This document shows positions 46,885 through 57,800 of a DNA stretch of 64,000 nucleotides, piece after piece. The notes beneath the pieces are model-generated. The model did not search any database and was not told the origin of the DNA. It saw nothing but the letters and a program-made list of their open reading frames with translations. Position numbers and translations under genes: made by a program. This DNA is from Candidatus Moranbacteria bacterium RIFCSPHIGHO2_01_FULL_55_24. Its GTDB lineage: Bacteria; Patescibacteriota; Minisyncoccia; Moranbacterales; UBA1568. Every line of letters starts with the position of its first letter. The stretch's first letter is position 1. The DNA lies in contig MFRW01000002.1 of the NCBI GenBank assembly GCA_001786575.1, positions 1,717-65,716 on the forward strand, in the 5' to 3' direction.

Positions 46885-47610
46885 TTGAAACCAATATTTA
46901 TGATTAAAAAGTACCTGAAGCATCTTATTGAGACAGCAGAAGAAAATTATCTGAACAATCTTTATGATGGGATACGTGGATTGAATGTTGAAAGTATGTT
47001 AGATATAGGCTGTTATACTGGAGAAAATACCATCCAAATAGCCTCACTCTGTGATGCAAAGAAAGTTTATGGTATTGAATTGAATGAGGATGCAATCAAA
47101 ATAGCAAAGGGGAGGGGCGTAGAGGTCTATAAGCAAGATATAAATGAAGCGCATTGGAATATAGAAGACAACTCCATTGATTTTATTTATAGTAACCAGG
47201 TTATTGAACATCTTTACTCGGTGGATAACTTCATTAAGAATATAAAAAGAATTTTAAAAAAAGATGGGTATTTACTTATTTCTACAGAAAATCTTGCAGG
47301 ATGGCACAATTGCTTCTCATTGATTTTAGGGTATCAACCATTTAGCACAACAAATATATGCACGAAACAGTGGAGTATTGGGAATCCTCTAAGCATGGTG
47401 TTAGACGGTCATCATGATCCACTCATGGTGCATCGAGCAGTATTTACTTACTATGCGTTGAAAAAATTCTTAGAACTTTATGATTTTAAAATAGAAAAAC
47501 CTATCACTTCAGGGTATTATCCTTTACCTAATAAGTTAGGAAATATTTTTGCCAAGATTGACAGAAGACATTCGGTTTATATTGCATTTCTAGTGAAGAA
47601 TATTAAATAA
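46885..47610 (+). CDS. Class I SAM-dependent methyltransferase (second copy, very AT-rich)
   Basis: MLDIGCYTGEN (motif I) and NQVIEHLYSV...ILKKDGYLLIST are present. GC is about 33%. Confidence 0.7.
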   Translation: MKPIFMIKKYLKHLIETAEENYLNNLYDGIRGLNVESMLDIGCYTGENTIQIASLCDAKKVYGIELNEDAIKIAKGRGVEVYKQDINEAHWNIEDNSIDFIYSNQVIEHLYSVDNFIKNIKRILKKDGYLLISTENLAGWHNCFSLILGYQPFSTTNICTKQWSIGNPLSMVLDGHHDPLMVHRAVFTYYALKKFLELYDFKIEKPITSGYYPLPNKLGNIFAKIDRRHSVYIAFLVKNIK

Positions 47611-47617
47611 GAAGAAG

Positions 47618-50116
47618 ATGTTAAAAAAGCTTCGAATAAGTAAAGTTTTGAAATACTTCCAGGGGTCTAGAGGGATTCTCTTCGCAATTCTTCTTTTGGC
47701 ATTGGCGTTGCGGGTCTGGGGTATCGATTCGAGAGACATCTGGTATGATGAGCTTCTGACAATACAGCAATCAGAGAAAAGTATTTCGGAAATCAATGTT
47801 GATGTTCCGACGCCAATACACTATTACTTCGTCCATCTTTTCCTCTTTTTCGGTAAGAGTACCTCGGTGCTTGGGCTACCCTCGGTTATTTTCGGTCTTC
47901 TGACCGTCCTCCTTGTTTTTTTGACGGCAAAGAGGATTGCGGATGAAAGAGTCGGATTGGTCGCCGCGTTTCTCTTGGCGATTTCTCCGATGCACATCGA
48001 ATTCTCCCAGCAAATTCTTTTTTTCTCATACTTCACATTCTTTTCTTCGCTTATCCTCTATCTTGTTACCGACTTCATATTTCATTTTGAAGAAGGCAGG
48101 TTCAAATGGGGCCATCTTCTGCTTCTCGTCTTCGCGAACTGGGTGAATGTCCTGACCCAGATGCTCGCTCTTGTTCTCATCCCTGTCCAGCTGCTCTTTT
48201 TCTGCTATTTGCTCGCGAAGAACCCGAAAGTAATGCTGGTCTTCAAGAAGTACCTGGCATTAATATTGATACTGATTGCCGCGCTCTTCTCGATACTTCT
48301 GTCCATAGGGAGCGGGGGATATGCGAGTTTTCTCGAGACGCTCCACATCGGTTTCGAAAGACCGATTACGGTCGGATACTCGCTTTCTAGCCAGTTGGGG
48401 TCGACGATAGTCAGTTCCCCAATGAAACTCTTCCAGGCGATGTTTTCGTGGTTCGGAATCGGAGGAGGTATCGGGCTTCCTGTCTATGTTTGTTTCTTCT
48501 TCATAGGCTTGATTGCTTTGTTTTGGAAGAAAGTTTCCCGATCCGCTGCTTTCTTCTTTGTTCTCTGGCTTGCGGCACCGTTCGTTGTCCTTTTTTCAGT
48601 GAGGATTGAGCACTGGTTCGAGGAAAAGTATTTCATCTTCATGATTCCGGTCTATCTGATCTTTATCGCCTTAGGAATCGTCTTCTTTTCCGAATATACA
48701 GGAAGGTTGGTGAGAGAAAAAATCAGCATTTTGAAAATCAAAGGTTTTGCAGTTTTCTTTCTGGCGCTGATCTTAGTCGGCATCGCTTTCTTAGCGGTCG
48801 AACCGATCAAGAGCCGGACGGCTTTCGGATTCCCATTCGAGGGTTATGCGAAATACAACTGGAGAAAGGTCTATGATTATTTGAAGAAAAACGTGAATGA
48901 GAACGATAGAGTATTCCTCGTGAAAGGAGGATCCGATTTTTTGGACTATTACTATGCTGCCGATAAGAACGAAAGCTTATTGTTGGACGAAGAATCCATA
49001 ATGAAGCTTTCTTCGAAGGAGTACTCTCATCTTGTCGAAAACCAAGAGCAGAATTATTTCATTTCTATCCCGGATTACAACTATCTCTTTTTGAGCGATA
49101 TCACGACTTATGAAAAGATCAAGATGGTAGGGAATTTCGGGATATATAAAATACGATTCAAAAAAGAGAGTCCGGTAGAGATAAAAAGGGACGCAGCTGG
49201 CGAATGGGAATATTATGAAGACTTCCGGACGTCGCGGTATATAGGGCAGGCGCATGACTGGAAAAATAGCGCTACGACGTATTCGGATGTGCCGGGTATT
49301 CCTGAAACCGAAGGCTTCAATGAACTCGTGCCGCTCAACTCCGGAGAATCTTTCATAGATTACAAGCTCGTTCTTCCTGAAGGAACAAAGAGTTTTTACC
49401 TGAAATCAGGATTCTCGCTTGATCAGGGATCTTCATTCCAGATACTCATTGGCGAAAGCCAGGATGCGCTGCGTGTTATTTATGACCAGTCAGCCGGAGA
49501 ACTCTCTTACTTCCTCCCCGAGATGAAGATTGACTATGATACAAAGAAGTCGAAAGATCTGTTTCTGCGGATGCGTTTTAACCAGGCTCCCGGCGCTTCA
49601 GGAGAATTGAACAAGTCAGGGCTCAAATTTTTTAGCTTGAGCAGCCGCTTGTACGACGGTGTCAGATTTCCCGAAGACTATACGCCGCAAAAATCCGTTA
49701 AGGGCTCCTCCCAGGAATACCTCTATAATGCCTTTCTTGAGATAGAAAAGAGCTCAAAATGGACCCATGCTACTATTATGAGTGATGGCTGGATCCAAAC
49801 GAATGACGGATTCTTGGTAAGGATTTACGGTACCAAGGAGGCTAACCCTTTGGTATTCAAATTCGCTACGGGGGAAGAGGAACGCGATTGTGATCTCGAG
49901 ATAAAATCTTTCGCGAACCATGATAATCCATTCGAGGTGTATACAAGCCAGGATGGAAAGACTTGGGAACTTCTCAAGAAAATGAATGATAATGTATTTA
50001 AAATTGATACGTTCAGCATCAAGGATATCGCTTCAGGAGATCTCTTCCTGAAATTTACTTCCGAAAAAGAAGGAGTTTCAAGTCAGATCAGGAACATAAA
50101 GGCAATATGTAAGTGA
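47618..50116 (+). CDS. GT-C membrane glycosyltransferase (PMT/ArnT GT39/GT83-like) with a large C-terminal extracytoplasmic domain
   Basis: 832 aa. A DE motif sits in the first extracytoplasmic loop (DIWYDELLT). About 11 TM helices are followed by a roughly 450-aa beta-rich soluble domain. Confidence 0.6.
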   Translation: MLKKLRISKVLKYFQGSRGILFAILLLALALRVWGIDSRDIWYDELLTIQQSEKSISEINVDVPTPIHYYFVHLFLFFGKSTSVLGLPSVIFGLLTVLLVFLTAKRIADERVGLVAAFLLAISPMHIEFSQQILFFSYFTFFSSLILYLVTDFIFHFEEGRFKWGHLLLLVFANWVNVLTQMLALVLIPVQLLFFCYLLAKNPKVMLVFKKYLALILILIAALFSILLSIGSGGYASFLETLHIGFERPITVGYSLSSQLGSTIVSSPMKLFQAMFSWFGIGGGIGLPVYVCFFFIGLIALFWKKVSRSAAFFFVLWLAAPFVVLFSVRIEHWFEEKYFIFMIPVYLIFIALGIVFFSEYTGRLVREKISILKIKGFAVFFLALILVGIAFLAVEPIKSRTAFGFPFEGYAKYNWRKVYDYLKKNVNENDRVFLVKGGSDFLDYYYAADKNESLLLDEESIMKLSSKEYSHLVENQEQNYFISIPDYNYLFLSDITTYEKIKMVGNFGIYKIRFKKESPVEIKRDAAGEWEYYEDFRTSRYIGQAHDWKNSATTYSDVPGIPETEGFNELVPLNSGESFIDYKLVLPEGTKSFYLKSGFSLDQGSSFQILIGESQDALRVIYDQSAGELSYFLPEMKIDYDTKKSKDLFLRMRFNQAPGASGELNKSGLKFFSLSSRLYDGVRFPEDYTPQKSVKGSSQEYLYNAFLEIEKSSKWTHATIMSDGWIQTNDGFLVRIYGTKEANPLVFKFATGEEERDCDLEIKSFANHDNPFEVYTSQDGKTWELLKKMNDNVFKIDTFSIKDIASGDLFLKFTSEKEGVSSQIRNIKAICK

Positions 50117-50138
50117 GAATAATGTAACGGTTACAGCT

Positions 50139-50927
50139 ATGAAAACGGTAATACTATGTGGAGGAAAGGGTACACGGTTACGGGAAGAGACTGAATTTAA
50201 ACCGAAACCGATGGTAGAGATCGGCGACCTTCCTATACTGGTACATATCATGCGGTTTTATGCCGAACAGGGGTTTAACGAATTCGTTTTGTGTCTTGGG
50301 TACAAAGGGGATGTCATCAAGGATTATTTCCTTAATCTGTCGAAATTCGTAAATGATTTCCATCTTGATCTGAAGACGAACAGTATCGAATATCTCAATA
50401 ATGGGCACAACTTTGATTTCAAGATCACTTTTGTTGAAACGGGCGAGGATACGCAGAGCGGAGAACGTGTCAAAATGGCATCGAAGTATATTCCGGAAGA
50501 AGAATTCATGGTGACGTATGGGGACGGTGTGAGTGATATCGATATACGGAAACTGATACAGTTCCACAAGAAGCAGAAGCAGAAGCACGGGACAGTCACT
50601 ACGCTTTCAGCTGTGCATCCATCTTCGAAATACGGAAAGATCTATGCTGACAAAAACAATGTGCTAGAGAAATTTGACGAAAAGCCGGTGCTTGCTGACT
50701 ATATCAATGGCGGTTTCATGGTCATGGAAAAAGCGGCGCTCAAGTATATCAAGGATGGGGATATGCTGGAGGATGGTCTGCAGAAAATGACGAAGAAGCA
50801 TAAGCTTTCACAGTACTGCCATAGCGGTTTCTGGCACAGTATGGATACGATGAAAGATGTCATGGACCTCAATAAGATGTGGGAAAGCGGAAAGCGCCCT
50901 TGGGCTCTTTGGGAAACTAAGCGGTAA
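50139..50927 (+). CDS. rfbF: Glucose-1-phosphate cytidylyltransferase
   Basis: MKTVILCGGKGTRLREETEFKPKPMVEIGDLPIL...GGFMVMEK is the canonical RfbF/DdhA sequence. Confidence 0.9.
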   Translation: MKTVILCGGKGTRLREETEFKPKPMVEIGDLPILVHIMRFYAEQGFNEFVLCLGYKGDVIKDYFLNLSKFVNDFHLDLKTNSIEYLNNGHNFDFKITFVETGEDTQSGERVKMASKYIPEEEFMVTYGDGVSDIDIRKLIQFHKKQKQKHGTVTTLSAVHPSSKYGKIYADKNNVLEKFDEKPVLADYINGGFMVMEKAALKYIKDGDMLEDGLQKMTKKHKLSQYCHSGFWHSMDTMKDVMDLNKMWESGKRPWALWETKR

Positions 50928-50958
50928 TCCATTTATTTTTTCTTCATTCTTGTCTTTT

Positions 50959-52038
50959 ATGCAGCGCTTCTTCAAAGGAAAAAAAATTCTTATCACGGGA
51001 AATACCGGTTTCAAGGGTTCTTGGCTTACGGAGATATTATTACAGTGGGGTGCTGACATTGTCGGCGTTTCGCTTCCGCCAAAAACAGAACCAAACCTTT
51101 TCGCTATCCTGAATTTGGAGCAGCGGATAAAAAACTATTTTCTCGATATAAGGGATTTCGATGCCTTGAAGAAGGTGATTGCCGACGAGCGTCCGGAAAT
51201 AGTCTTTCATCTTGCGGCGCAGCCGATCGTGCGGATAAGCTATGATGATCCTCTAACGACCTATTCAACCAATGCTCTCGGTACTGCAAATGTTTTGCAG
51301 GCGATCCATGAGGTTGGGTCCGTGAGGGCAGCGGTAATCATCACTACGGACAAGGTTTATAAGAATGTCGAGTGGATATACCCGTACCGTGAAAACGACC
51401 CCTTAGGGGGGTATGATCCTTACAGCGCCAGCAAGGCGGCTGCCGATATCATTGCGCAATCGTACATACAATCTTTTTTCAATCCGAAGGACTTTGGGAA
51501 AAAGCATCAGACGCTCGTAGCTATTGCGCGCGCCGGGAACGTGATCGGAGGAGGGGATTGGGGGGAGTATAGGCTGGTTCCTGACATTGTGAGGTCGATA
51601 TATGAAAAGAATGAGAAAGTAATTATCAGGAGTCCGCGAGCTATCCGTCCCTGGGAGCATGTTCTTGAGCCGCTTGCGGGATATCTCGAGCTCGCTTCCG
51701 GTCTGTATGCCGGGAAAATCGAATATTCGGATGCCTGGAATTTCGGGCCGGACCATGAAAGTTTCATGAATGTCGAAGAGCTCGTCAAGCGGGCCACGGC
51801 GCTTTTAGCGAAAGGCACATATGAGATCCGGGAAGATAATACGAAACATGAGGCCGGAATCCTGATGCTTGATACCACCAAGGCAAAATCTTTTTTGGAT
51901 TGGTCGCCAAGATTGAGGTTTCAAGAGAATATCGACTTCACATTCAGCTGGTATAGGAACTATTACGAAAAAGCAGCGGACCCTATCGAGTTCACAGACG
52001 CACAGATCAAGTCCTTCTTCAATGATGCAAGTTCCTAA
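50959..52038 (+). CDS. rfbG: CDP-glucose 4,6-dehydratase
   Basis: KKILITGNTGFKGSWL...YSASKAAAD...RAGNVIGGGDW is the canonical RfbG/DdhB sequence. The start is set at the ATG at 50959; the ORF-track 50857 is an extension. Confidence 0.9.
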   Translation: MQRFFKGKKILITGNTGFKGSWLTEILLQWGADIVGVSLPPKTEPNLFAILNLEQRIKNYFLDIRDFDALKKVIADERPEIVFHLAAQPIVRISYDDPLTTYSTNALGTANVLQAIHEVGSVRAAVIITTDKVYKNVEWIYPYRENDPLGGYDPYSASKAAADIIAQSYIQSFFNPKDFGKKHQTLVAIARAGNVIGGGDWGEYRLVPDIVRSIYEKNEKVIIRSPRAIRPWEHVLEPLAGYLELASGLYAGKIEYSDAWNFGPDHESFMNVEELVKRATALLAKGTYEIREDNTKHEAGILMLDTTKAKSFLDWSPRLRFQENIDFTFSWYRNYYEKAADPIEFTDAQIKSFFNDASS

Positions 52039-52136
52039 GATCGGTCGAAATCGCCTCGGCCAGCTGCTGATAAAATCCAGATTAGAGCAGCCGGAACTTC
52101 CAGGTCGGACCAGAGTAAGCAACTGAAAAAGAGATT

Positions 52137-53438
52137 ATGAAAAAAGAGCTAGAAGATATCATTCGGAAAGAATACCAAGAGAGATTTCCTAAAAAAGAAT
52201 TCATTCCAGGAGAGTCTGCTGTGCCTGTTTCTGGAAAAGTTTTTGATGAACAGGAAATGATTCTCATGACCGAGGCGGTACTGGAAGGCTGGTGGACCGA
52301 GGGGCATATGACGAATGAATTTGAGCAGAAGCTTGCCGAGTATATAGGGGTGAAATTCTGCTCGACTGTCAATTCCGGCTCTTCAGCGAATCTGACGGCT
52401 TTTACCGCGTTGACCTCGCATCTCTTGGGTGAGAGGCGTATCAAGCCAGGAGATGAGGTTATTACGGTAGCAGCCGGTTTTCCTACGACTATCAACCCTA
52501 TTATCCAGAACGGCTGTGTGCCGGTGTTTTTGGATGTGGAGCTCGAGACCCTCTCGATAGATGTGAGCCAGCTTGAACAGGCATTGAGCGAGAAAACAAA
52601 GGCGGTGATGATAGCGCACACGCTCGGTAACCCGTTCGACTTGGGAGCTATCAAAGATTTTTGTGAGAAGCATAAGCTTTGGTTTGTTGAGGATAATTGC
52701 GATGGATTGGGGAGTAGATACGACGGTAAGCGCACTGGCTCTTTCGGGCATATCTCTACGGTCAGCTTTTATCCAGCGCATCATATTACGACTGCTGAAG
52801 GTGGGGCGGTATTCACTGATAATGTCGTGTTGAATAAGATTATCCGATCGGTACGCGACTGGGGACGCGATTGCTGGTGTCCAACTGGCAAAGATAACAC
52901 CTGCGGCGTCAGATTTAACTGGCAACTTGGAAAATTGCCCAAAGGCTATGATCACAAATATACGTATTCGCACCTGGGATATAACCTCAAAATGACTGAA
53001 ATTCAGGCAGCTTGCGGTTTAGCACAGCTTGAGAAGCTGGAGGGATTTGTAGAGAAGCGGAAGAAGAACTACACTTTACTGCGCGAGAAGCTTGGAAAGT
53101 TTGAGAAGTTTCTTCTCTTTACAGATCCTATCGCTAAGGCTGACCCGAGCTGGTTCGGATTCCTCATTACCGTGAAGGATGGCGCTCCGTTTACTCGTGG
53201 GGAATTGCTTGAGTACTTGAATGGTCGAAAAATCGCTACTCGGCTCCTTTTTGCTGGTAATATTACTCGGCAGCCATATTTTACGAATTCTGGTATCCGA
53301 TATCGTCAGATAGGGGAATTGAAGAATTCTGACAAGGTGATGATGGATACCTTTTGGATAGGTCTGCACCCGGGTATTACGGGAGAGATGATCGACTGGG
53401 TAGCAGACTCTTTCGAAGATTACTTTGGGAAATTATGA
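52137..53438 (+). CDS. rfbH: CDP-6-deoxy-D-xylo-4-hexulose 3-dehydrase (E1, RfbH/DdhC)
   Basis: A DegT-family fold with His replacing the PLP lysine (SFYPAHHITTAEGG), which is the hallmark of PMP-dependent E1. Length is 433 aa. Confidence 0.85.
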   Translation: MKKELEDIIRKEYQERFPKKEFIPGESAVPVSGKVFDEQEMILMTEAVLEGWWTEGHMTNEFEQKLAEYIGVKFCSTVNSGSSANLTAFTALTSHLLGERRIKPGDEVITVAAGFPTTINPIIQNGCVPVFLDVELETLSIDVSQLEQALSEKTKAVMIAHTLGNPFDLGAIKDFCEKHKLWFVEDNCDGLGSRYDGKRTGSFGHISTVSFYPAHHITTAEGGAVFTDNVVLNKIIRSVRDWGRDCWCPTGKDNTCGVRFNWQLGKLPKGYDHKYTYSHLGYNLKMTEIQAACGLAQLEKLEGFVEKRKKNYTLLREKLGKFEKFLLFTDPIAKADPSWFGFLITVKDGAPFTRGELLEYLNGRKIATRLLFAGNITRQPYFTNSGIRYRQIGELKNSDKVMMDTFWIGLHPGITGEMIDWVADSFEDYFGKL

Positions 53439-54373
53439 TTAAGACTGTCCTCATAACCGGTATTGCTGGTTTCCTCGGCAGCCATTTGGCTGAAAGATTG
53501 ATTCATGACGGATATGCTGTGGTAGGACTGAAACTTGCGGATTCTGACCTCTGGAGGCTTGAACCTTTCGCAGAGAAGTTGAAACTCTATGATGCTGATT
53601 CCAGAGATTTTGAACGTATCTTTACCGAGAATAAGATAGATTGCATCATTCATCTGGCAACATACTACACAAAAGACCACCCTTCTCCTGACGAGATGAC
53701 GCAGATGATTGATGCGAACATCAAGTCTCCTACGGAGCTCTGCGAGCTTGCGGACAATTATAACGTCAGATATTTCATCAATACTGGTACATTTTTCGAA
53801 TATAAACTCGGAAGTCCTGATCTGATACAGGAAAATGATGAGAGAAGCGCATATAACTTCTACGCTGCCACGAAAATAGCCTTTTCGGAATTGCTTAGGT
53901 TTTTTACAGAGAAGAAAGATTTAACCGCTATCGATTTCAAGCTTTTTGCGCCGTTCGGAGAGAAGGATAATGAGAAGCTCATAGTATTCTTGGTAAAGTC
54001 ATTGCTTGACGGGTCTCATGTTGAATTTTCTGGAGGGGAGCAGGCTTGGAATTTCACGTATGTAGACGACATTATCGAGGCTTATGCATGCGCGCTTAAG
54101 AGAATGGATGGCCTTGCTGAAAAGTATACCGTGCTGAACGTCGGTTCCGGATCTACTGTGACTATTCGAGAGATTGTAGAAAAGTTGGAAAAGATATCCG
54201 GGAAAAAGCTTGATATCGAGTGGGGAGCCAAGACGTACAGAGAGAATGAAATTTTCCATGTGAATTGTGACAATTCCCGATTGAAAAAAGTCCTCGGGTG
54301 GGAACAGAAATTTGATGTAGACAGCGGATTGGAGAAAACATATCGTTATTATGCGACGGCAGCTAATCTATAG
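53435..54373 (+). CDS. NAD(P)-dependent CDP-3,6-dideoxyhexose synthase/4-reductase (RfbS/RfbJ/AscF-like SDR)
   Basis: VLITGIAGFLGSHLAERL (GxxGxxG) and YAATKIA (YxxxK). It overlaps rfbH by ATGA. Length is 312 aa. Confidence 0.7.
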   Translation: MIKTVLITGIAGFLGSHLAERLIHDGYAVVGLKLADSDLWRLEPFAEKLKLYDADSRDFERIFTENKIDCIIHLATYYTKDHPSPDEMTQMIDANIKSPTELCELADNYNVRYFINTGTFFEYKLGSPDLIQENDERSAYNFYAATKIAFSELLRFFTEKKDLTAIDFKLFAPFGEKDNEKLIVFLVKSLLDGSHVEFSGGEQAWNFTYVDDIIEAYACALKRMDGLAEKYTVLNVGSGSTVTIREIVEKLEKISGKKLDIEWGAKTYRENEIFHVNCDNSRLKKVLGWEQKFDVDSGLEKTYRYYATAANL

Positions 54374-54389
54374 GAATCAATAACATATT

Positions 54390-54878
54390 TTGAGTATGGA
54401 AGAAAAAATACCAGGAGTAACGGGTAAGATGATCGAAGGGGTAGTGATAAAGAGACTTGCGAAAATTCCAGATGAGCGTGGATGCGTTTCCCATATGCTG
54501 AAGAAAGAGGATGCACATTTCAATGGCTTTGGAGAGATCTATTTTTCTAGCGTCTATCCTGGAGCGATCAAGGCTTGGCATGTTCATAAGGAAATGGAGC
54601 TGAATTACGCTGTCATATCAGGAGACATCAAATTCGCGCTCTACGATGATCGCGAGGGATCTCCGACTCGTGGTAATCTTATGGAAATTTTCATGGGAGA
54701 AAAGAATTATATCTTAGTAAAGGTTCCGGTCATGGTGTGGAACGGCTTCAAAGGTATCGGCAGTAAAGAGGCTATCGTTGCCAATTGTACGACGTTATCC
54801 CATCGTCCCGATGAGATAGAGCGTTTAGATCCATTTTCGGATAAGATTCCGTACGACTGGGAATTAAAAAACGGGTAA
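54390..54878 (+). CDS. RmlC-like cupin sugar epimerase/isomerase (possibly CDP-3,6-dideoxyhexulose 5-epimerase AscE-like)
   Basis: 162 aa. DERG and KAWHVHK correspond to the catalytic His/Lys region of the RmlC/FdtA cupin families. Confidence 0.6.
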   Translation: MSMEEKIPGVTGKMIEGVVIKRLAKIPDERGCVSHMLKKEDAHFNGFGEIYFSSVYPGAIKAWHVHKEMELNYAVISGDIKFALYDDREGSPTRGNLMEIFMGEKNYILVKVPVMVWNGFKGIGSKEAIVANCTTLSHRPDEIERLDPFSDKIPYDWELKNG

Positions 54879-54890
54879 ACGAGGAATGCT

Positions 54891-57800
54891 ATGCGGATAA
54901 GTTTGGTTATTCCGGCGTATAATCGGGAAGCGCTCATTCGGGAGGCTATCGAGAGCGCTCTGGAGCAAACTGAAAAGATAGACGAAATCATTATCATAGA
55001 TAATGATTCGCTCGATGCTACCTTTCGGATTGCAGAGGAGTATGTGGCGAAATATGATCATATCAAGGCCTTTAGGAATGAGAAGAACATTGGAATGATC
55101 AACAACTGGAACCGAGGGATCCAGAAGGCCACTGGAGACTACGTGAGCGTGCTGCATTCTGACGACATCATTCCCAAGAACTGGTGCGAGACCGTGAAGT
55201 CAGCCATTCGGAGGAATGAGGGGAAAGATGTTGCTCTCTTTTTTGGTATTTATGCTTGTTTCCAGCGGAAGCAAGGGAAGATAGAAGTTGTCTCAAGGAT
55301 TGAAAATTTTTCTAAAGATACTTTTTTCCCAGCCGAAGAATCAGTAAAGAGGCTCTGGGAGAATTTTTATGGGAATCCGAATTGTTCCGCGGCCATAGTT
55401 TATAAGAAGTCTCTTTTTGATGAAATTGGATATTTTAACCCGGACAAAGGCGTGGAGGCGGATCAGGATTTCCACATACGGGTTCTCAATAGGTATAATT
55501 CCTATTTCATCGACCAGGAACTTTTGTATTACAGGCGCCACGAATTTCAGGGATACGATTTCAAGCAAGAGACTGAATCGGCCGAGACGAGCCTAAAGCG
55601 TCTCCTGAATGCTGTCAGCATCCAGAAGGAGAATCTGAAAGATCCAGAGCTAGTCAAATATACCTATTGTGGCGTCCTGCTCTACGCTCTCAAATTCTTG
55701 TTAACGCTCCATTTCAGCCAGGCGCTCCGCTTGTTCAAAATACCAGGTATTTTCAATCGGAAGACGCTTACGAATTTCCCGAGATTTTTTTGGATGCTCG
55801 TTTCTCGAAAATATTTCAATAAATCTTTCATACTTAAATTTAGGAAAACCAGGATTTCTCTCCTTTTCTTTCTGTTTTCCTGTCTGGTTCTGCGATCTTT
55901 GATTTTTTCAAGCTACGAGGGTATTGGACATAATTGGGATTGGGGATTCCCAGCTATGCAGCCGATGTTTGAGAGGATTAACGAGCTTTCGGAGTACTCT
56001 TGGAATGGCTTTGGCTTAGGAAAAGAGCTCAATTTACAGGCTCATTTTGCGGTTAATGAGATCATCTCTTGGTCTGGGGCGATCTTAGGTACCAAATGGG
56101 CCGTAGTATTGCTTATTTTCAGTACGTTGACTATCTCCTTTTTTTCATTCAAGCCGTTACTTGATTTCCTAAGCGGACGGAAGTCCGATCTTCACTATTT
56201 ACCGAGCGTCCTCTACGCTTTCTCGCCGTTTCTTTTCAATGAGATTATCGGTGGGTCTTGGTATATGTGGGTTTCATATGCTTTTGCCCCGGTTCTTTTC
56301 TTGAATCTGATCCGATATGTGCATTTTAGAAGATTGAAACATCTCACGGGATATTTATTGGCCACGGTTTTCGTGTTGATATCTCTGCAGAACTTCGTAG
56401 TCATCGAATCGATTGCGGCGGTATTTCTTCTTTTTAATATGATCCTTAACAGGGATCATTTGGAGAATGTCAAGGGTTTGGTCGCAGGCTATCTTTGGGC
56501 GCATCTCATTTTGTTTCTCGCTAGTCTTTATTGGATAGTCCCTTTCATCTACTCTCTCAAGACATTCTATCTGATGGTTACAAGCGTTTCCTTTACGGGC
56601 GGCTTCGAAGGCATCCGTGATATTACCCAGGGCGTGCTCGAGATATTTTCTTTGGCAGGATATTTGGATAGGAATATGTATTATCATGCTATCCCTGATG
56701 GAGCCCTTCTCCTTTTCAACATTTCTGTGGCAGCGTTTTGGGTAATGCTTTCTGCGACTTTTTTTCTCAAGCGACAGGAGGAGAAACAAAAAAAGAACGT
56801 GTTGCTCTGGTTTTCCATACTGATACTCCTGATTCTCGTTATCAAAGGAGGAAATGCTCCCTTCGGAAGCCTCACAATGTTCATCTTCCAGCATTTCCCA
56901 TTGATGTCGCTATACAGAAGTCCGCAGCATCTGATGTTTGCGGCAGCCTTTCTTGTCCCGATACTCATGGCCTTGACAATCCATTCTTTTATCCGGAGCG
57001 GATTTTCAAAAAAAACGGTAATAGTTCTTTTTCTTCTGATTATCGGCTTTTGGACAAGCGCCTGGTGGCTGAATGGTGACCTGGGCCGTGAGATATTAAG
57101 TGCCAAGAAGAAGGACCATATAGATCTCTACACCATCGCTCCGACTCTGCGAAAGATTTATGAATACAATGAGAACAGTTTTTTGGCGCATCGTATCCTC
57201 TTCCTTCCTACAGCTTTCAGTCCTGATTACTTGCCGAATGAGTATCAAAGAAAAGCCCAAGGCGGCCAGCCGGAATATTCATATCTTAAGAACCCGACTT
57301 TTAGCGCAGAGTTCAATGCTCTCGCAGGCCTTATCGATGATAAGCTCTGCTATAACGAAGAATTCGACCTCCTGAAATACCTTTCGATTACCAACACCCG
57401 ATATGTTTCGCTCCGGGAAGATATCTATCCGCACCATTCTAAATGTGGAATTTTTAAGGTTTGGGATGCGGATCATACTCGTAAGCTCATTGAAAATACA
57501 GCTGGTTTAGCGCCTGTCAACGGATTAGAGGGATTGTACTTAGTAGGGGATGAATACTTCTTGCAGCGTTTCTTCGTTCCGAAAAAAGTCGTTGTATCGG
57601 ACCGTGAGGTTGAAAATATTCCCGATATCGTTTCTACGGACGACTACGAGGTTGGTACAGCGCTCTTCCTGAAGAGTCAGAATAAAGAAAGGACTGACGT
57701 GCTGGACACAGCTAGTATCGCGCGGATATCTGGCAGAGATAAGGATCCGACGTTGGAATTTAAGAAAATAAGTCCCGTGAAATACAGGATGAGGATTCAT

